From Cycas panzhihuaensis (lineage: Eukaryota; Plantae; Cycadophyta), in contig CM041465.1 of assembly GCA_023213395.1 (NCBI GenBank), forward strand, positions 233,623,741-233,687,740: a DNA stretch of 64,000 nt, read 5' to 3'. Below, in pieces: positions 1 to 13,051 of the stretch; position 1 is the first letter of the stretch, and every line of letters starts with the position of its first letter. Both the position numbers and the translations under genes were made by a program. The notes below the pieces were generated by a model, which was not told the origin of the DNA, did not search any database, and saw nothing but the letters and a program-made list of their open reading frames with translations.

Positions 1-1939
1 TGCCTTAACCCCCTGGATCCAGTAACGAAAGGGGTTGACCTCCCATTTATGATCACTGAAAAAGACACCCTAGATATACAACATCTCATCCAATCCCTCC
101 ATACTTCCCCAAAGCCAAATGCCTCAAGGCAGTCCAGAAGACAGTCCCAAGCCACCCGATCGTAGGGTTTGGACATATCAGTTTTAATTATCATGCCCGC
201 TTCCTTGCGGTGAATAGTTGAATGCAGGGTTTCGTGGACAGTTATAATACCATCCGTGATCTGTCTTCCTTTAACAAAACCATCTTGGTTAGGAGAAATA
301 ATAGCCAGGAGGGTCTCCCTGAGACAGTTTGCTAACACTTTGGCCAGAATCTTGTATTTAACATTGCAAAGGCTAATCGGTCTAAAATCCTCCATGACAT
401 CCGCACCCTCCTTCTTCGGGATCAGAACTAGAAAGGTAGCCTGCCACTCTTTTAGAATTGTCCATCTTAAAAAGAATTCATTAAGCGCCGATATTAGGTC
501 ATCCTTGATGATCTCCCAATATTCTTGAAAAAATCCAGGAGGAAACCCATCAGGCCCTGGGGCTTTATCCCTACCCATCTTAAATAGGGCCCTCTCGACT
601 TCTTCCTGGGAGAAGGGTTCTGTCAATTTGCTGTTAAGAGCCTTAGAGACCACTTTCGAGATGTATTGCAAAAGAGCCGCTCTTAGATCATGGTCCTGAC
701 AACCTAGTTCTGTATATAACTCCTTGAAGTAATTCATCACGATTCCACCGATCTGGTCCTCCGCCTCATGCGTTGCCCCGTCCCTGCTTCGAAGTTTACT
801 GATCCTGTTATGAGCTCTGTGCTTCAAGGTGGAGAGGTAGAAGAACTTAGTATTTCTATCCCCCTCCCGTATCCACAGCTCTCTGGATTTCTGCTTCCAG
901 AAAATTTCCTCCCTTGCCAGCACCTCCTCTAATTTCCTGGAGTTGGAATGTTCGAATTGGTCCAAATCCTGGGTTCTTCCTTCGAGCTGGATCCTATCCT
1001 CTATCTCTTTTAACTTTGACAACAGGGCCCCCTTGTTTTTAAAAATGTTTCCAAAGATCTCCCTATTCCAGATCTTGATTTGTTGCTTAATCCAATTCAA
1101 CTTCTTCGAGAACCTGAACATGGTGCAACCCTGAACCAGAACTCCCCACCAATCGTCGATCCTCCCCCTAAGGTCCGGGTGCTTCAGCCACATGAATTCG
1201 AAACGGAAGGGCGCCCCCTTATGGAGACCGGGAACGAACCCCTCAAGAACAAGAGGAGAGTGATCTGATCCAGATTTCGGGAGAGCCTCCAATTTGATGC
1301 CTTCAAAGTGACAAGCCCATTCATAGTTTGTTAACATCCTATCCAATCTACACTGTATGTGATTATGGCCTAGCTGCCTGTTGGACCATGTATACCTAGC
1401 TCCCCTGAGGGGAACGTCCATCAGGCCTCCCATCTGCAAGAATTCACCAAGATCAGACATACTCCTCGTCCAACTAACTTGCCCCCTTTTCTTCTCTTCC
1501 GGGCTAAGGGGAGAATTAAAGTCCCCCGCCACCAGCCATGGGCCTTCCCAGTCTTTATGGACCTGCACCGGTCTTTCCCATAATCTCTTCCTGCCCTCCA
1601 TAGAGGTGGGGGCGTAAATATTTATGATCCAATACTCTTTGTTAGTCCTAACACAGACCAGTCCTACGGTTAAAAAGTGATCATTCTTTCTCACCTCGTA
1701 ACCCCTCCATCTATTCATGTTCCAAAGGGAGGCCAGCCCCCAGAGCCTACTGACCCTACACTAGTCCTCCCTTCTCCCCTTCTCCAGATCTTGTTAATCA
1801 CCTCTCTTTCTTTAGTCTGTTCCAACTTTGTCTCCTGCAAAAGGATAAGACCCGCTCCTGTCCTAATCCTTAAATCTTTCACCAATCTCTGCTTGGATGG
1901 GGCATTTAGCCCCCTAATGTTCCAGGATAATACCTTCAT
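1..1939 (-). pseudogene. LINE ORF2 (AP endonuclease plus N-terminal RT), one frameshift near 1737-1741, partial
   Basis: MKVLSWNIRGLN, LLQETK, NIYAP, GDFN, YTWSN, RLDR, SDH, PFRFE, WKQKSR..W..EGDRNTKFF, KAPGPDGF, FRPISLCN, KTDMSKPYDRV, SRGLRQ. My manual translation from about 1737 to 1 contains no stop. Confidence 0.95.
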
Positions 1940-2045
1940 GGATATCCTGGAACTACAACCCTCAACCCTTCCTACTCTTGAGGTTAGGGCCTTCTAGCGC
2001 ACCCCCCTCCTTTATCGTACTCTGATAACCCATGTCGATCTGAGC

Positions 2046-3542
2046 CTAAGTTTCTTTTTCTCTGGTGGCCTTTTTAGGAGGTCTACCCACCTTCTTCTCC
2101 ATCCCGAAGTCTGGGGCCCTCCTCAAGTCTGATGTATTACTTTTTGAAACCCATTTGCATGTCCCGATCCCTCCTTTATCTAAGTCTACACCTTTGGGCC
2201 CGGTTCTAGGACCTCCTTCAGCAGCAATACCTGCCTGTCCTTCCTCTTCGATCTGCACTCTCATTCCCCCCTCTTCAGTCTCTGATAAATAGTCCTCTAA
2301 ATCCCAATTTAAGTTCTTTACAATCCTGGCCAGAGCCAGCTCTACAACTGAAGGGAAAAAGTCCCCTCCCCCCTCCAGCCGGCCTGGAACCAAAGATTGA
2401 TCCTTAGCTCCCTCCGACGCGTAACCCTGAACCAAGCACTGAGCTGAGCCCTGGGAACCGACAATCTCCTCAGCTATGGAAGTTCCCTTTCCAGCCGCTA
2501 ATACCATTGTATCCTTGCCCCCACCTTCCTGGACTACCTTATCTGCCGTAGTTTCTTCAGCTTTTGATTTAGCAGTTGGGCATACCGAAGCAGAACCTGG
2601 CTCCCCGATCATAACCTGACTCTTCACGCTTTGGGATATACCACCTCCATCGCTCGGGGCTACACTGGAAGTCTTGGCTCCTTCACCAGACTCATTTCTG
2701 TTACCATCCTTACCTGATCTATCGGTATCTGCTGCCGATGTCTCTCCACTGATTATTTCTACTTCTCCTTCTTCTTTCTCCTTACTTGTTTCCTGATTAT
2801 CCACCCTCAATGGGACCCCTGGGCATTGGAAGGGGAGATGCCCCCTACTCTTGCACTTTGCACACCTAAAGCCTTCCACTTCATAAAATAAGCCTTGAAT
2901 GATAGATCTACCATCTGACTCTATCTCTACCTCTTCCGAAAGCTCACTGTCGAGCCTGGCCAGGACACAAAATCTGGCGTTCATCAGTCTGGATCTATGT
3001 TTCGTAGCCGAGTCCATAGCAAGCAGTGGCCCAATTATTCTAGCCGCCCCTTTAATCGCCTCCGGGTTCCAGAAATGCAGAGGAAGCCCAGGCATCTGCA
3101 CCCACATCGGGGCTTGTATTACCACAGGAATGCTTGGGTTGAAATCTGGATGCCACTTCTCCAGTGACATGGCCTTTCTCCCAAACATCCATGGGGACTT
3201 TAATAAAATAGGAATCATATCCTCCTGGTTAGAGAACCTAAAAAGGATGCAACCCTTAGGCATTGCCATGACTTGAACTGGATTTTTGGTCTTCCACTTG
3301 TTTCTTATCCACTCTCTTATGATGTCCAGCCCAGGCCTAGGTCCCGAAAACCTACCAACCAGGTTGTACTCCCAATATTGTATGGTCTTTTCGGTTACCT
3401 CTTTCAAGATCGATATTTTAAATCTGTTTCCAATCTTAACAGGGATAATTTCTTGTTCCTCATAGTTACCATTCCTTAATGCATCAAGGTAGGTCCTCCC
3501 CGTGGGAGAGGACTGAGACTGGTTCAGTGTAGTTTGCATCAT
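2046..3542 (-). CDS. LINE ORF1 protein (DUF4283/RRM-like region plus CCHC zinc knuckle); probably extends to 1962 through one premature TAG
   Basis: 498-aa ORF with LVGRF..W, FRF..ED, PWMFG, W.P.F, PMWVQMPGLPLHFW, ARFCV and RCAKCKSRGHLPFQC. The frame continues 27 sense codons past the TAG (AQIDMGYQSTIKEG...) to a TGA at 1962-1964. Confidence 0.93.
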   Translation of the reverse strand: MMQTTLNQSQSSPTGRTYLDALRNGNYEEQEIIPVKIGNRFKISILKEVTEKTIQYWEYNLVGRFSGPRPGLDIIREWIRNKWKTKNPVQVMAMPKGCILFRFSNQEDMIPILLKSPWMFGRKAMSLEKWHPDFNPSIPVVIQAPMWVQMPGLPLHFWNPEAIKGAARIIGPLLAMDSATKHRSRLMNARFCVLARLDSELSEEVEIESDGRSIIQGLFYEVEGFRCAKCKSRGHLPFQCPGVPLRVDNQETSKEKEEGEVEIISGETSAADTDRSGKDGNRNESGEGAKTSSVAPSDGGGISQSVKSQVMIGEPGSASVCPTAKSKAEETTADKVVQEGGGKDTMVLAAGKGTSIAEEIVGSQGSAQCLVQGYASEGAKDQSLVPGRLEGGGDFFPSVVELALARIVKNLNWDLEDYLSETEEGGMRVQIEEEGQAGIAAEGGPRTGPKGVDLDKGGIGTCKWVSKSNTSDLRRAPDFGMEKKVGRPPKKATREKET

Positions 3543-4087
3543 ATGGAAAGCATGAAAAAACTTACAAAGACTGCGTGAGACAGTGAAGACTCACCATTAA
3601 ATTGTGCAGGTCTCTGCAAAACCTAGCCCCTCATTGCCTTGGCTCTCTGCCTTCTTGAGTGCAGGGCTTGGTCAAGCCTTTTTTGGAGCTTCTAAGCCTG
3701 CAAATCTTTTGTAGTCTGCTGAGAACCGCTAGAGATCGCTCAGCACTATTTTCTTGAAATTTCCCTATACCCTTAATGCGTCTAACATGCATGCCTCTTC
3801 CCGGAAGTTCTCGCTGTCCTCTCTCTGACTTGCCTCTGACCTTGCTCTTAAAAGCGAGATGCCCCCTAGCTAGGGATATCCCAACGCCGTCGCCTCTCCT
3901 CACAGTGCGTCCACCGCCCTTTGCTGCTAGAAAACTGTGCCTTCGTCTGCCTACACCATCCCGTGGAGGTCCAGGACCGATAGTGATATTACACCATCGA
4001 AAAATCACTTCTGGGGGGTCGCCCCCTCGCCCTCGCCTTCGAACGATACTAACCCTAGCTGCCAGTAGTAGAAACGCAGGTCCATAG

Positions 4088-7000
4088 GTTCTTCATCTCT
4101 CTGTCGCCTTCGGAGTGGATTATGACTTGTCCAAATCATTATTTGTAGTTATTCTAGATTCTTCAACAAGAGGTTCTTCTTGGGGCTGAATCCTTGGTAC
4201 TTATTTAATTGTTTGAATTGGAAGTTTAACCTTAGTAGGGATTTCTTCATTAAAAACATCATCTCTACTTATATAGATATTATTAGTTTTGGTATCTATG
4301 CACTTGTACTCTTTTGAGCTTTTACTATACCCCATCATAATATATTCTATGCATTTTGAATTGAGTTTTGTCCTATTTTTATCTGGTATATGGACAAAGG
4401 CTTGACACCTAAAAACTTTTAAGTTACTTACATCTGGCTTTCTTCCTGTCCATCCTTCTTCAGGGGTGATATGCTCAAGTGCTGTGGTTTTATACCGATT
4501 TATCAGATAGTAGGCTGTACTTACTACTTTTGCCCAGTAAGTTTTTGAAATTTGTCTATCATGAATCATGCTACGTGCTATTTTCATAATGGTTCTATTT
4601 TTTCGTTCTGCAACACCATTGGACTATGACATATAGAGAGTTATAAATTGCCTTCGTATACTTTTAATTTTGTAGTAGTCCAAAAATCCTTTTGAAACAT
4701 ATTCACCTCCATTATCAAATCTGGTACTTTATTTTATATCCTGACTCCAATTCTACCTCAGCTTTAAATTTTTTGAATGTATCAAATACTTCTAATTAGT
4801 TATGAAGGAAGTATACTCATACATTTATGGTGAAATCATCAATGAAAGTTAAAAAATATCTAGAACCATTTATGGATAGTGGTGTTAGAGGACCACATAA
4901 ATTTGTGTGTATCAGTTCTAATTTTTCTTGAGCATGCTATTCATTAGTCCTGAAGGAAAAATAATGATGTTTTTCAAATTGACAACCTTTGAAAACAAAA
5001 TAATTTGATGAAATAGTAGGAAGGCCATTAACTATGTTATTATTTTTCATCATTTCTAACTTACTCATAGGGAGATGCTCATACTTCAAGTGCTACTCTT
5101 TATTATTATCATTAGGATTTGCAACAGAATATGCCTTCACATCCATATTAGGAGCGACAGGACTGGACAATAGTTTATAGAGGTTATTGTGCTTTACCCC
5201 TTTAGCGATGATAACACCATCATTTTTCATGTCCAATATATGGCATATGCCTTCCTCATCAAATATAGTTATCAACTTTTTGTTACTTAGCTGAGAAATT
5301 AAGAAAAGATTCATCTTTAGCCTAAGTACAAGGAGTACATTACCAATTTTCTTTATACTACCTTGTAAGTTAACAACAATGGTTCCTACTCCTTTAGTAT
5401 TTGAAGGATACTTATCTCCCACTTTAACTGATTCTTTTGAAGAGTAGGGTTTAATGCATTCGAACCAATCTTCTTTGTTTGTCATATGTCGTGATACCTA
5501 AAGTCAATGTACCACACATCCTTATCTTGAAGACTGGTTGGAAGGGCGATAATGAAGGCTATTTCTTCATCTTCTTTGTCTGGTTGCTCCTTATTGTAGT
5601 TTCCTGCTAGTCTCTTCCATCTTTGAATATCTGCTCTCTATTGAGGACACTGGTATGGGTAGTGTCTTGGTTGCCCACAATGGTAGCAAATGTCAAATGC
5701 TTGATATTAGATTGAGAAGTGTCTGAGTTTATTACACCTGTAGTATACTTATACATCTCTGGGCGGGTTCATACGACCGTGTCCCTTACTTTTCGACCAT
5801 CTTCCTCATGATGGAGATCTAGATTCTAGAACACATCATCTACCTTTGAATCGACCTCGTCCTCTAAAACCTATGTTTAATTTGGTCACAAAAGCATCTT
5901 CCATTTCAGTGGTGTCTTCATAACTTTTATTTCTTTATTCCTATCTCAACAATAAACCAGTTAGTTTATTAAGAGTCATTTCTTTAATTTGGCAATTATT
6001 GGTTATTGTATTGATGGTTACATCAAATTCCTTTGGCAGTTTTTGTGTTATCATTTCTACTACTTCCTTTTCTAAAATGGTTGCTCCAGTGCTTAAAAGA
6101 TCATTCTAGATTGTAGTGACTTTATGAATGAATTCAACCACTATTTCTGTTTATTTCATAAATAGCTTAAATAGTTCCTCTTTCAAAGTTATGATCCTTG
6201 CTTTATTTTTCTATACAAAAAGATTTTAAAAAATTCTTCAAATTTAAGAGAAGGAATTTGATTTATCAGTATATATTAAAAGATGATTAGAGACAAACAT
6301 TTTCAATGTTACTACTCCTAATTTATTTCTTTCTTCTTAGTTTTTCTTGGCATTTCTTTTAGTTTTTGGCTTCTTTTCTTCACCAGTGATTAAATCTCAA
6401 GCATTTTTATCATGTAGAAGTACTTCTATTTTAATGTTTCAAATGTGATAAATTACTTCCTGTCAATTTATCTATATCATTGATGTCCAAAATAGAGGAT
6501 GCCATGATTGCATTAATAAGAATATAAATATTATTTTAGAAATAGAATAGAGGAGTCAGGGTCATACAATTGTATGGGATTTCATACAGAATTGAAGTTA
6601 TATGAGCAAAGATAAAAAATACCCCAAAATGAAGATCTCCTTAATGGGTATCTAGACCTGTAATTATTTTTTTGATGTTTTTTCTAATTTGAGAGAAAAA
6701 TCACTTCAAAGGACTGAAATGAGCAACTAGGGTTTGTAGAAAAAATGCATAGAAATCACAAAAATTTGCATGAATCCCCATGAAATTGGTATCAAAATAA
6801 CCAAAATAGAAAGACAAAGAGATCATGATTGACTTTACCTAGTTCGATGTAGTGGTTTGATTGGTACAGACAGATTTCTCCTCAAACCTACACAGATAAA
6901 AAATTGAGTTTTTCCCTTTGAAAACTTCTTCAGATGAAGTCGACACTGTTGGAAAAATTGATGGTCATACTAAGACAAATCTATTGGTGAAATTTCAAGT

Positions 7001-7572
7001 TGATTTGACAACTTCAGAAAACACTGCCCATACTTATTCATACTAGTCCATATTATTCAGTATAGGTGAGTATTCCAGCTTTAAATGACTTAATCAACTT
7101 TCGTGAATGGTTGATAGAAACTTGGAACGGATCTCCTGAAAAAAAAACTCCTTCATACGATCTATTAGACTTCTTCTCCTTAAAATTTTTTTCAAATGAG
7201 CAACACAATCTACTTTAATACCATGATAAAATTAAACTTTTACGTGGAGGAGAAAATTAATTGATTTCATTATGAGTGGAATTCCTCTTTAAATATACAT
7301 CAAAGCCTTGTAACCATTACAAGGTTAATTGTAACCAATCATTAGTATTAAATTTACATTAGGTGTTTTATAATGAGGGGTTAATAACATTACCCCTTTA
7401 ATAGTCCTAAGATAAAGCATTATATCTATCACTCTTTTCTATACCTTTGGTTTAAATATAATTTAAACTCTATTTTGATTATTTCTAAATTTGCATACAA
7501 TATAATTTTTATTATAAACTGATCTGGAAAGAAAAAATGCTATCAATTTTTTCTGAAGATATTTTACTAACA
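4088..7572 (-). mobile_element. Decayed Ty1/Copia element A: 5' LTR (about 7224-7572), PBS, gag-PR-IN; interrupted by the LINE before RT
   Basis: gag start MASS..DKLTGSNY at 6505; CYHCGQPRHYPYQC knuckle near 5650-5695; WY.D..SRHMT protease; IHT.LCGP, FIDDF, GVAERKNRTI; ORF 4201-4587 is the integrase C-terminus; degenerate iMet PBS (rc TGGTATTAAAGT) at 7212-7223. The far LTR boundary is a guess from a TGTTAG motif. Confidence 0.88.
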
Positions 7573-8940
7573 TTCAACTAGTGACTTGTTTGAGTTCTTG
7601 GTTGCTTGGTAAAAAGAGAGAGCAAGAAGAAAATAAGTAGTGGATAAGAATAGGTAAGTCCACCCACTTATCTTAGTTGCATGCATTACATGTATTGTAT
7701 GTGTGATGTGCATGTTATTAGAAGCAATGTCCATTCTTATTTCATATTTATTTAAGTTTATTTCTCATGTCATTAGAATATTTCTTCACATAGAATATTC
7801 CTGCTCAAGTTATTAATTAAAGGGGTTGGGGTCCCCTTCTAAATCCCCTCATTTATTTAAACCATATCAATAAAAGGAGGTTAAATGAAGTCAAAATTGG
7901 TGGTTACATCCCACCATAAAATATGGTAAGCTATTCTACCATAAAATATATTAAAAGCCCACCATAAATAAGATAGGCCATTAATTATCTACTATGGAAG
8001 TGTAAGATATATAGTTCTATATATATTTACTATAATAAACTATTTTGATTAATGAAAATTTGGAGAGTTGTGATTCATTAGTGTTTTTTCATGTCTTACT
8101 TCTTGTGCATGTGGCTAATGCTATAAATTTTGCTCATTGCTTTCTTCTCTAACATGGTACGAGATCCATGCTTGAGTGTCTTATATCTCGTAGGGTTTAT
8201 AGTCATCGAGTGACTGTCTAAGTCATGGTTGGGCATTCCTACTGATGAGACTATGCTCCTCATGTAGTTTGTTTGTAGCTCCTTCTGTGGGTATATTACA
8301 ACTCTTATAGGCATTAAATTCCTATCCTTCCCTTATCTGGTGGCATAACTTGATTCCTAGTGGTATGATCATAGTGTGTAATGATTCATAGTTATCATCT
8401 ATGAGCAATTTTGTCAAAGATTAACTCGCTCGAAGTAGTTTTTTATTTACTGTCTTCTCTATTTACTCTCGCACCCATGTGAAGATTAGAGGAGTGATTG
8501 TGAGTCCATACTTGCTTAAAACCCTTGAAAAAGGGTTCTTATTTTGATCCTTGTTACATCACAAAGTTGCACCTAAAGTTTTGTCCAGGTACAATGGTCT
8601 TGTGAAGAGAAATAACAATTTGAAGTCTAGTGAGTTCATAGCTTGTCCTGCGCGAAAATATTTTGAGTTGCAAAATTAAATCTTTTCTAAAGTTATAACT
8701 TTAAGTTATATATAATAGAATATTTTAAAAATATTATATTTTCAATTTAATCTTTATCTTTTTTTTTTTTTTAATGAATTTTATCTTTTGTCTCTTGGTT
8801 TTATTCTTGTTAAAAGGTTTTATACCTTTTTTTGTGCCTTTTCATGCTCATAAGAACTTATAGCCACCAAGTAATTTGTTTTTACTCATATTTACGGTCA
8901 GTTAACATCTGCTTCAAGTGTCTTTGTTTATTCTTTTATC

Positions 8941-10228
8941 ATGTATTTTGAGAATATTAGTGGTTATAGTTTGCCAAAATCACAAAAATTAGATGAAAAA
9001 AATTATGTAACTTAGAAATTTAAAATTTGCAATATCTTAGCCTTACATAGGCTAAAAGAGGTTGTTAAGGGTAAAGATACTAAGCCTAAAATTGAACTAG
9101 TTGATGACCTTGAAATAACAATGTGGAAAAATATAAGTCTTAAGAGTACTGACAATCATTAATTTATTAGTGGTAGATGAATTAATTAGTCATTTTTAAG
9201 GCAAGGATTCTATAGCTAAAACATTGAAGATTTTTAAGGCATTGTTCAAGATAAAGAATGAGACAAAAGTCTTGTATATTTAAAAATTTCATCACTCTTG
9301 TAAAATGTCCATTAATTACTCTATCAATTATCATCTACAAAAATTGAAAGAGATAAGAGAGAAACTAGTTGTTGTAGGTGAAATTGTTGAAGATAAAGAG
9401 TTGGTCAACATTACTTTAAACAACCTATATGAAGGCTATTACATTTTTGTAACAAGCTTGTGTCTCACAAGTTGAGCTGAAGCTCTTTCCTTTGATGAGT
9501 TGGGTGGTTTATTGCTACATAAAGAACAATAAATTGGTTTTTATGGTAAGAAAAGTAGTACTACTATGGTTCATTCATCAAAATTTAAAAAGAAAATACT
9601 AAATAAGTCTCCCAAACAACAATAAAAGAGTATTAATAGCATCAACAATATACAAAAATTAAAATGTGATATTGTCTGCAAGTATTATGGTAAAAAAAGA
9701 CATTTGTAAAGTAATGTTGGAGGAAGAAAGTAGATAAAATGTAAAACACATGCTTTCTCTGCAAATGATGATGATAAAGTGTTTTTTTTAATACTACAAA
9801 TCTAAATCTATATGAGACGTATGTAGACTCTAGTATATTTAAACATATCACTAATTGCAATGATTGGATTAAAGACTTGGAAAATTATCAACTTCCTCCT
9901 ATTATACTTGGTGACAATAGTCAGCATCCAATTATAGGATATGACATTGTTAGTATGCATCCACTTGAATGTGGAACATTCAAAGTTTTTAGTGTTTTGC
10001 CTGTATCCTCCTTTAAGCACAATTTGCTTTCTATTAGTTGTATTACTAAACAAAAAGTTAAAGTAGAGTTCAATGAGTCAATATGTCTAATAAAAAAAGA
10101 AAATATTATAATAACTCATGGTATTCAAGTGTGGAGTCTATAAATTCTCTAGAACATATAAACATGACCTTGTTGTATACAATTCTGTTAACACTTTATA
10201 GCATGATCGTTATGATCATTTGAATTAC
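8941..10228 (+). pseudogene. Copia gag-protease fragment ending at the GAG-pre-integrase motif
   Basis: KLDEKNYVT*KFKI; UBN2-like region; knuckle remnant near 9675-9720; YVDSS..KHIT protease; NLLSISCIT (ORF 9877-10143); HDRYDHLN near 10202-10225. Confidence 0.85.
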
Positions 10229-10234
10229 TTTAGT

Positions 10235-11536
10235 AGAATCAGATACATAAAATATTTTTTAAACAAGCGATTGAATCAAATGTTTTTTAATTTTTTGTTT
10301 TTGCATCCAACTCATAAAGACCTCCATTTTCATATCCAATTGCAATGAACTTTCCCTAATTGTTCCTTATGATACATTTACCATTTTTAAAGAGAATGGT
10401 CATGTTTCTTTTATCTATATGACCCATGAATGTCAAGTTCTTAGCTATATTAGGGACATATAAAACATCATAAATGAACTCTTTTTAATTGTTTGGAGTT
10501 GTAATTAGTATTTTTCTAATTCTCTTAACTATTAGAGATGAATTATCACTAATTGTGATGGTTCTCCATGAGTTTCTCATAAGTTTTTTAACCATTCCTA
10601 ATTCTTCGTCATATGTTTAGCAGTGCCTAAATCATCATACTAAACACCATCAATTTTACCTATTATAACAACCAACAATCATTCATCTTATGTATCTCCA
10701 TAAGCTATATTGCTTGCTTATTTTTAATTAATCTTTTCATCATATTACAATTACTTTCATTCACATTGAATATGACCAACTTTTCCCAAATAAAAGTATA
10801 TAAGTCCTTTAGACTTATTTTGCCCTTTTGCAACATTGGGTGGAGTTGGTTAAGGACCTCTTTGATTTGAATTTTGATTAGCAACCTTTGATTTGATATT
10901 ACTTTTCATTGGTTTTTTCTCCTTCATCTTAGCTACAAAGGTATTTGGCGATTCTCTGTCACTTCCTCTACTTATCATCTACCCATGCTATAATAACGAT
11001 CCTTTAAATTGATTGAAAGTCAACGCCTTCATATTATGAGTTATTGTCAAGTTTATGATGAAGCCATCAAATGATCTAAGAAGACTCTTCAAGATGGCCA
11101 TAATCAATTCTTTATTAACAATAGTTACTTCAACCATGTTTCATTGATTTTTCAACTTCTTAACTTGTTGCAGGAGTTTAACAACAAAAATTTTCATCTT
11201 GAGACTATACAGCCAATTCTTCAATATGATTGCCCTAACATCATTTTTGTTTTCAATTAATATAATTAAACTTTCCCAAACTTCTTTTATTGTTTTTGCA
11301 CTTTTCACATTCTCAATTATATTTGCCCCTAAGGACAAATTGATTAAGCTTTTTGCAACATTATATTTTCTGTCAAATTCATTGATTACTCTTTGATTAT
11401 ATTTTGGATGAACAATGGTGAGTGCACCAAATAAGTCATTTATAAGAAATATACTCTCCATTTGATGTTTCCAAATCCCATAACTATCAAGCCCATTCAA
11501 CTTTTCAAAAATAATATTCACTATATTTCTAGACAT
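10235..11536 (-). pseudogene. Copia gag-protease fragment, convergent with the previous one
   Basis: ORF 11141-11536 FEKLNGLDSYGIWK..AKT.KEVW..LYSLKM; ILKSLL..FDGFIINL; knuckle near 10750-10800; protease ..GTAKHMT near 10610-10645; DVLYVPNIAKNL; GLYEL near 10310-10325. Confidence 0.85.
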
Positions 11537-12740
11537 AGTGATGAAATTGATTTAATCATTATAACAAAATAAATGTAAATGTATAAATGAAATAAAATGA
11601 AAATAGGACACTCTAATCCATAAATTAACATACCAATCATTGAAAATCCTCTCATATACCTCAGATTTGATCCACTCTAAAAAATAAAATTTTATTATAT
11701 ATTAAGTCTCTCTTGGTCTTTCAACTAATTTTTTTAAAGCTTATTTTTTGTAGTAATGATGAATGTTTTAATAGTACAATGAGCATGAGATATTATTTTG
11801 TGATATGACTTACTCTATTTTAGAGTATAAAAATAACTCATCCTATATTTTTTGAATTAACAAATAACTTCTACAAACTTTAGAAAATAACTTATCACCC
11901 TTTTAGCTAATATGATTAGGGGCTTCAAACATGAAGTGCCAAATAGACTTAACAAGTGATTTAATAATTAAATCAAGATATGACTTTGGAAAATGCTTTA
12001 TGCCAAAGTTGAATTCTGGGCTCCATTTATAAATGGATGAACTATGGTGACTTCATGTAAATCAATAAATTGTGGCTATGCCTTCATGATTTCTTACGTG
12101 ACTCTTCTTTGGATGCTTCAATCTGATGGTTATTCTTGGTGTTATCTTTCGCAAGTAGTTTCCTTCCTTCACAGGAATGTATACTTAGTCTCCATAGACT
12201 ATGTTCTTTATCTTACTTCTTCAGAATTAATGATCCACTACCACAGATAGTTCTTAAAAGTTGTGAGCTTGATCTATAGTTATCTCTCAATTGACAATCA
12301 AACAAGTTATGGTGTTTTATTATAGGTTAGGTAAGAGCTTAGCAAGGTGTTTGCTCTCCATAGAATGAGTCACGGTTTCACAAAATTTCCTCAGTACCTT
12401 ATAGACTGTCAATCTTACTACCAACTTCACTATCTAGTTTCTTAAACTAAGGCTTCTTATTATTTGTCTCCTACTATGCTTCATAGACTGATCAAGTTTA
12501 CCAAAACCACTAACTTCTCAATGCCCTAGGTTTTGGCTTATTTAATAATAATCATAATTGCCTTTTAATTGGTGAAAGATCACTAGGTTCATGCAAAGAT
12601 ATGGATAATTGACTATAAGTGTAGATGCATATAAACATAAATAAGTACTTCTTCTAATAATGGAGTCTCATATCAAATTCACACCTTTACATCAACAGTT
12701 ATTGCTTTTATCGGCTCACAATCTTTGTTTAAATCTGATC

Positions 12741-12753
12741 CACTTTGATACAT
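12741..12753 (-). promoter_or_regulatory. Possible degenerate tRNA-iMet PBS, with LTR-like DNA starting at 12754
   Basis: CACTTTGATACAT-TG resembles GCTCTGATACCA-nn-TG; no partner LTR found in the window. Confidence 0.35.
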
Positions 12754-13051
12754 TGTCAAAAAATATATGGGTTTGATATCATTTAACCACAAACAATTAA
12801 ACAATTATCAAACATATATATCTCTTAATCAACTGAGGTAGAATGATCTGTCCATAGTCATTCTTAATTACTTAAATGCTTAAGTACATAATGCTCATCA
12901 TTGGGATAATACATTATGGACTCGTACATAGTCCTCATAGACTTTTTAACTTTCCATCAATATCTCTATCAACATGGCACAATGACTTATATGTGTATAA
13001 CTAATATACCATGTTGCATATTTGACCATAAAAATACACCACTCATTAAAG

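Larger units (their letters stand above)
1..4085 (-). mobile_element. L1-clade LINE, apparently complete 5' end (5'UTR, ORF1, ORF2), 3' part outside the window; inserted into a Copia pol gene
   Basis: ORF1 with plant L1 motifs followed by an APE-RT ORF2; higher GC and retained CpG relative to the rest of the window; abrupt switch to Copia IN-RT linker sequence at about 4085-4090 (junction approximate). Confidence 0.95.

Noticed and set aside
256-3479. Plus-strand ORFs over the LINE
   Set aside because: Antisense shadows of ORF1 and ORF2.
12395-12460. Minus-strand KLDSEVGSKIDSL resembling a tau/MAP repeat
   Set aside because: Short, flanked by stops and without context; most likely chance.
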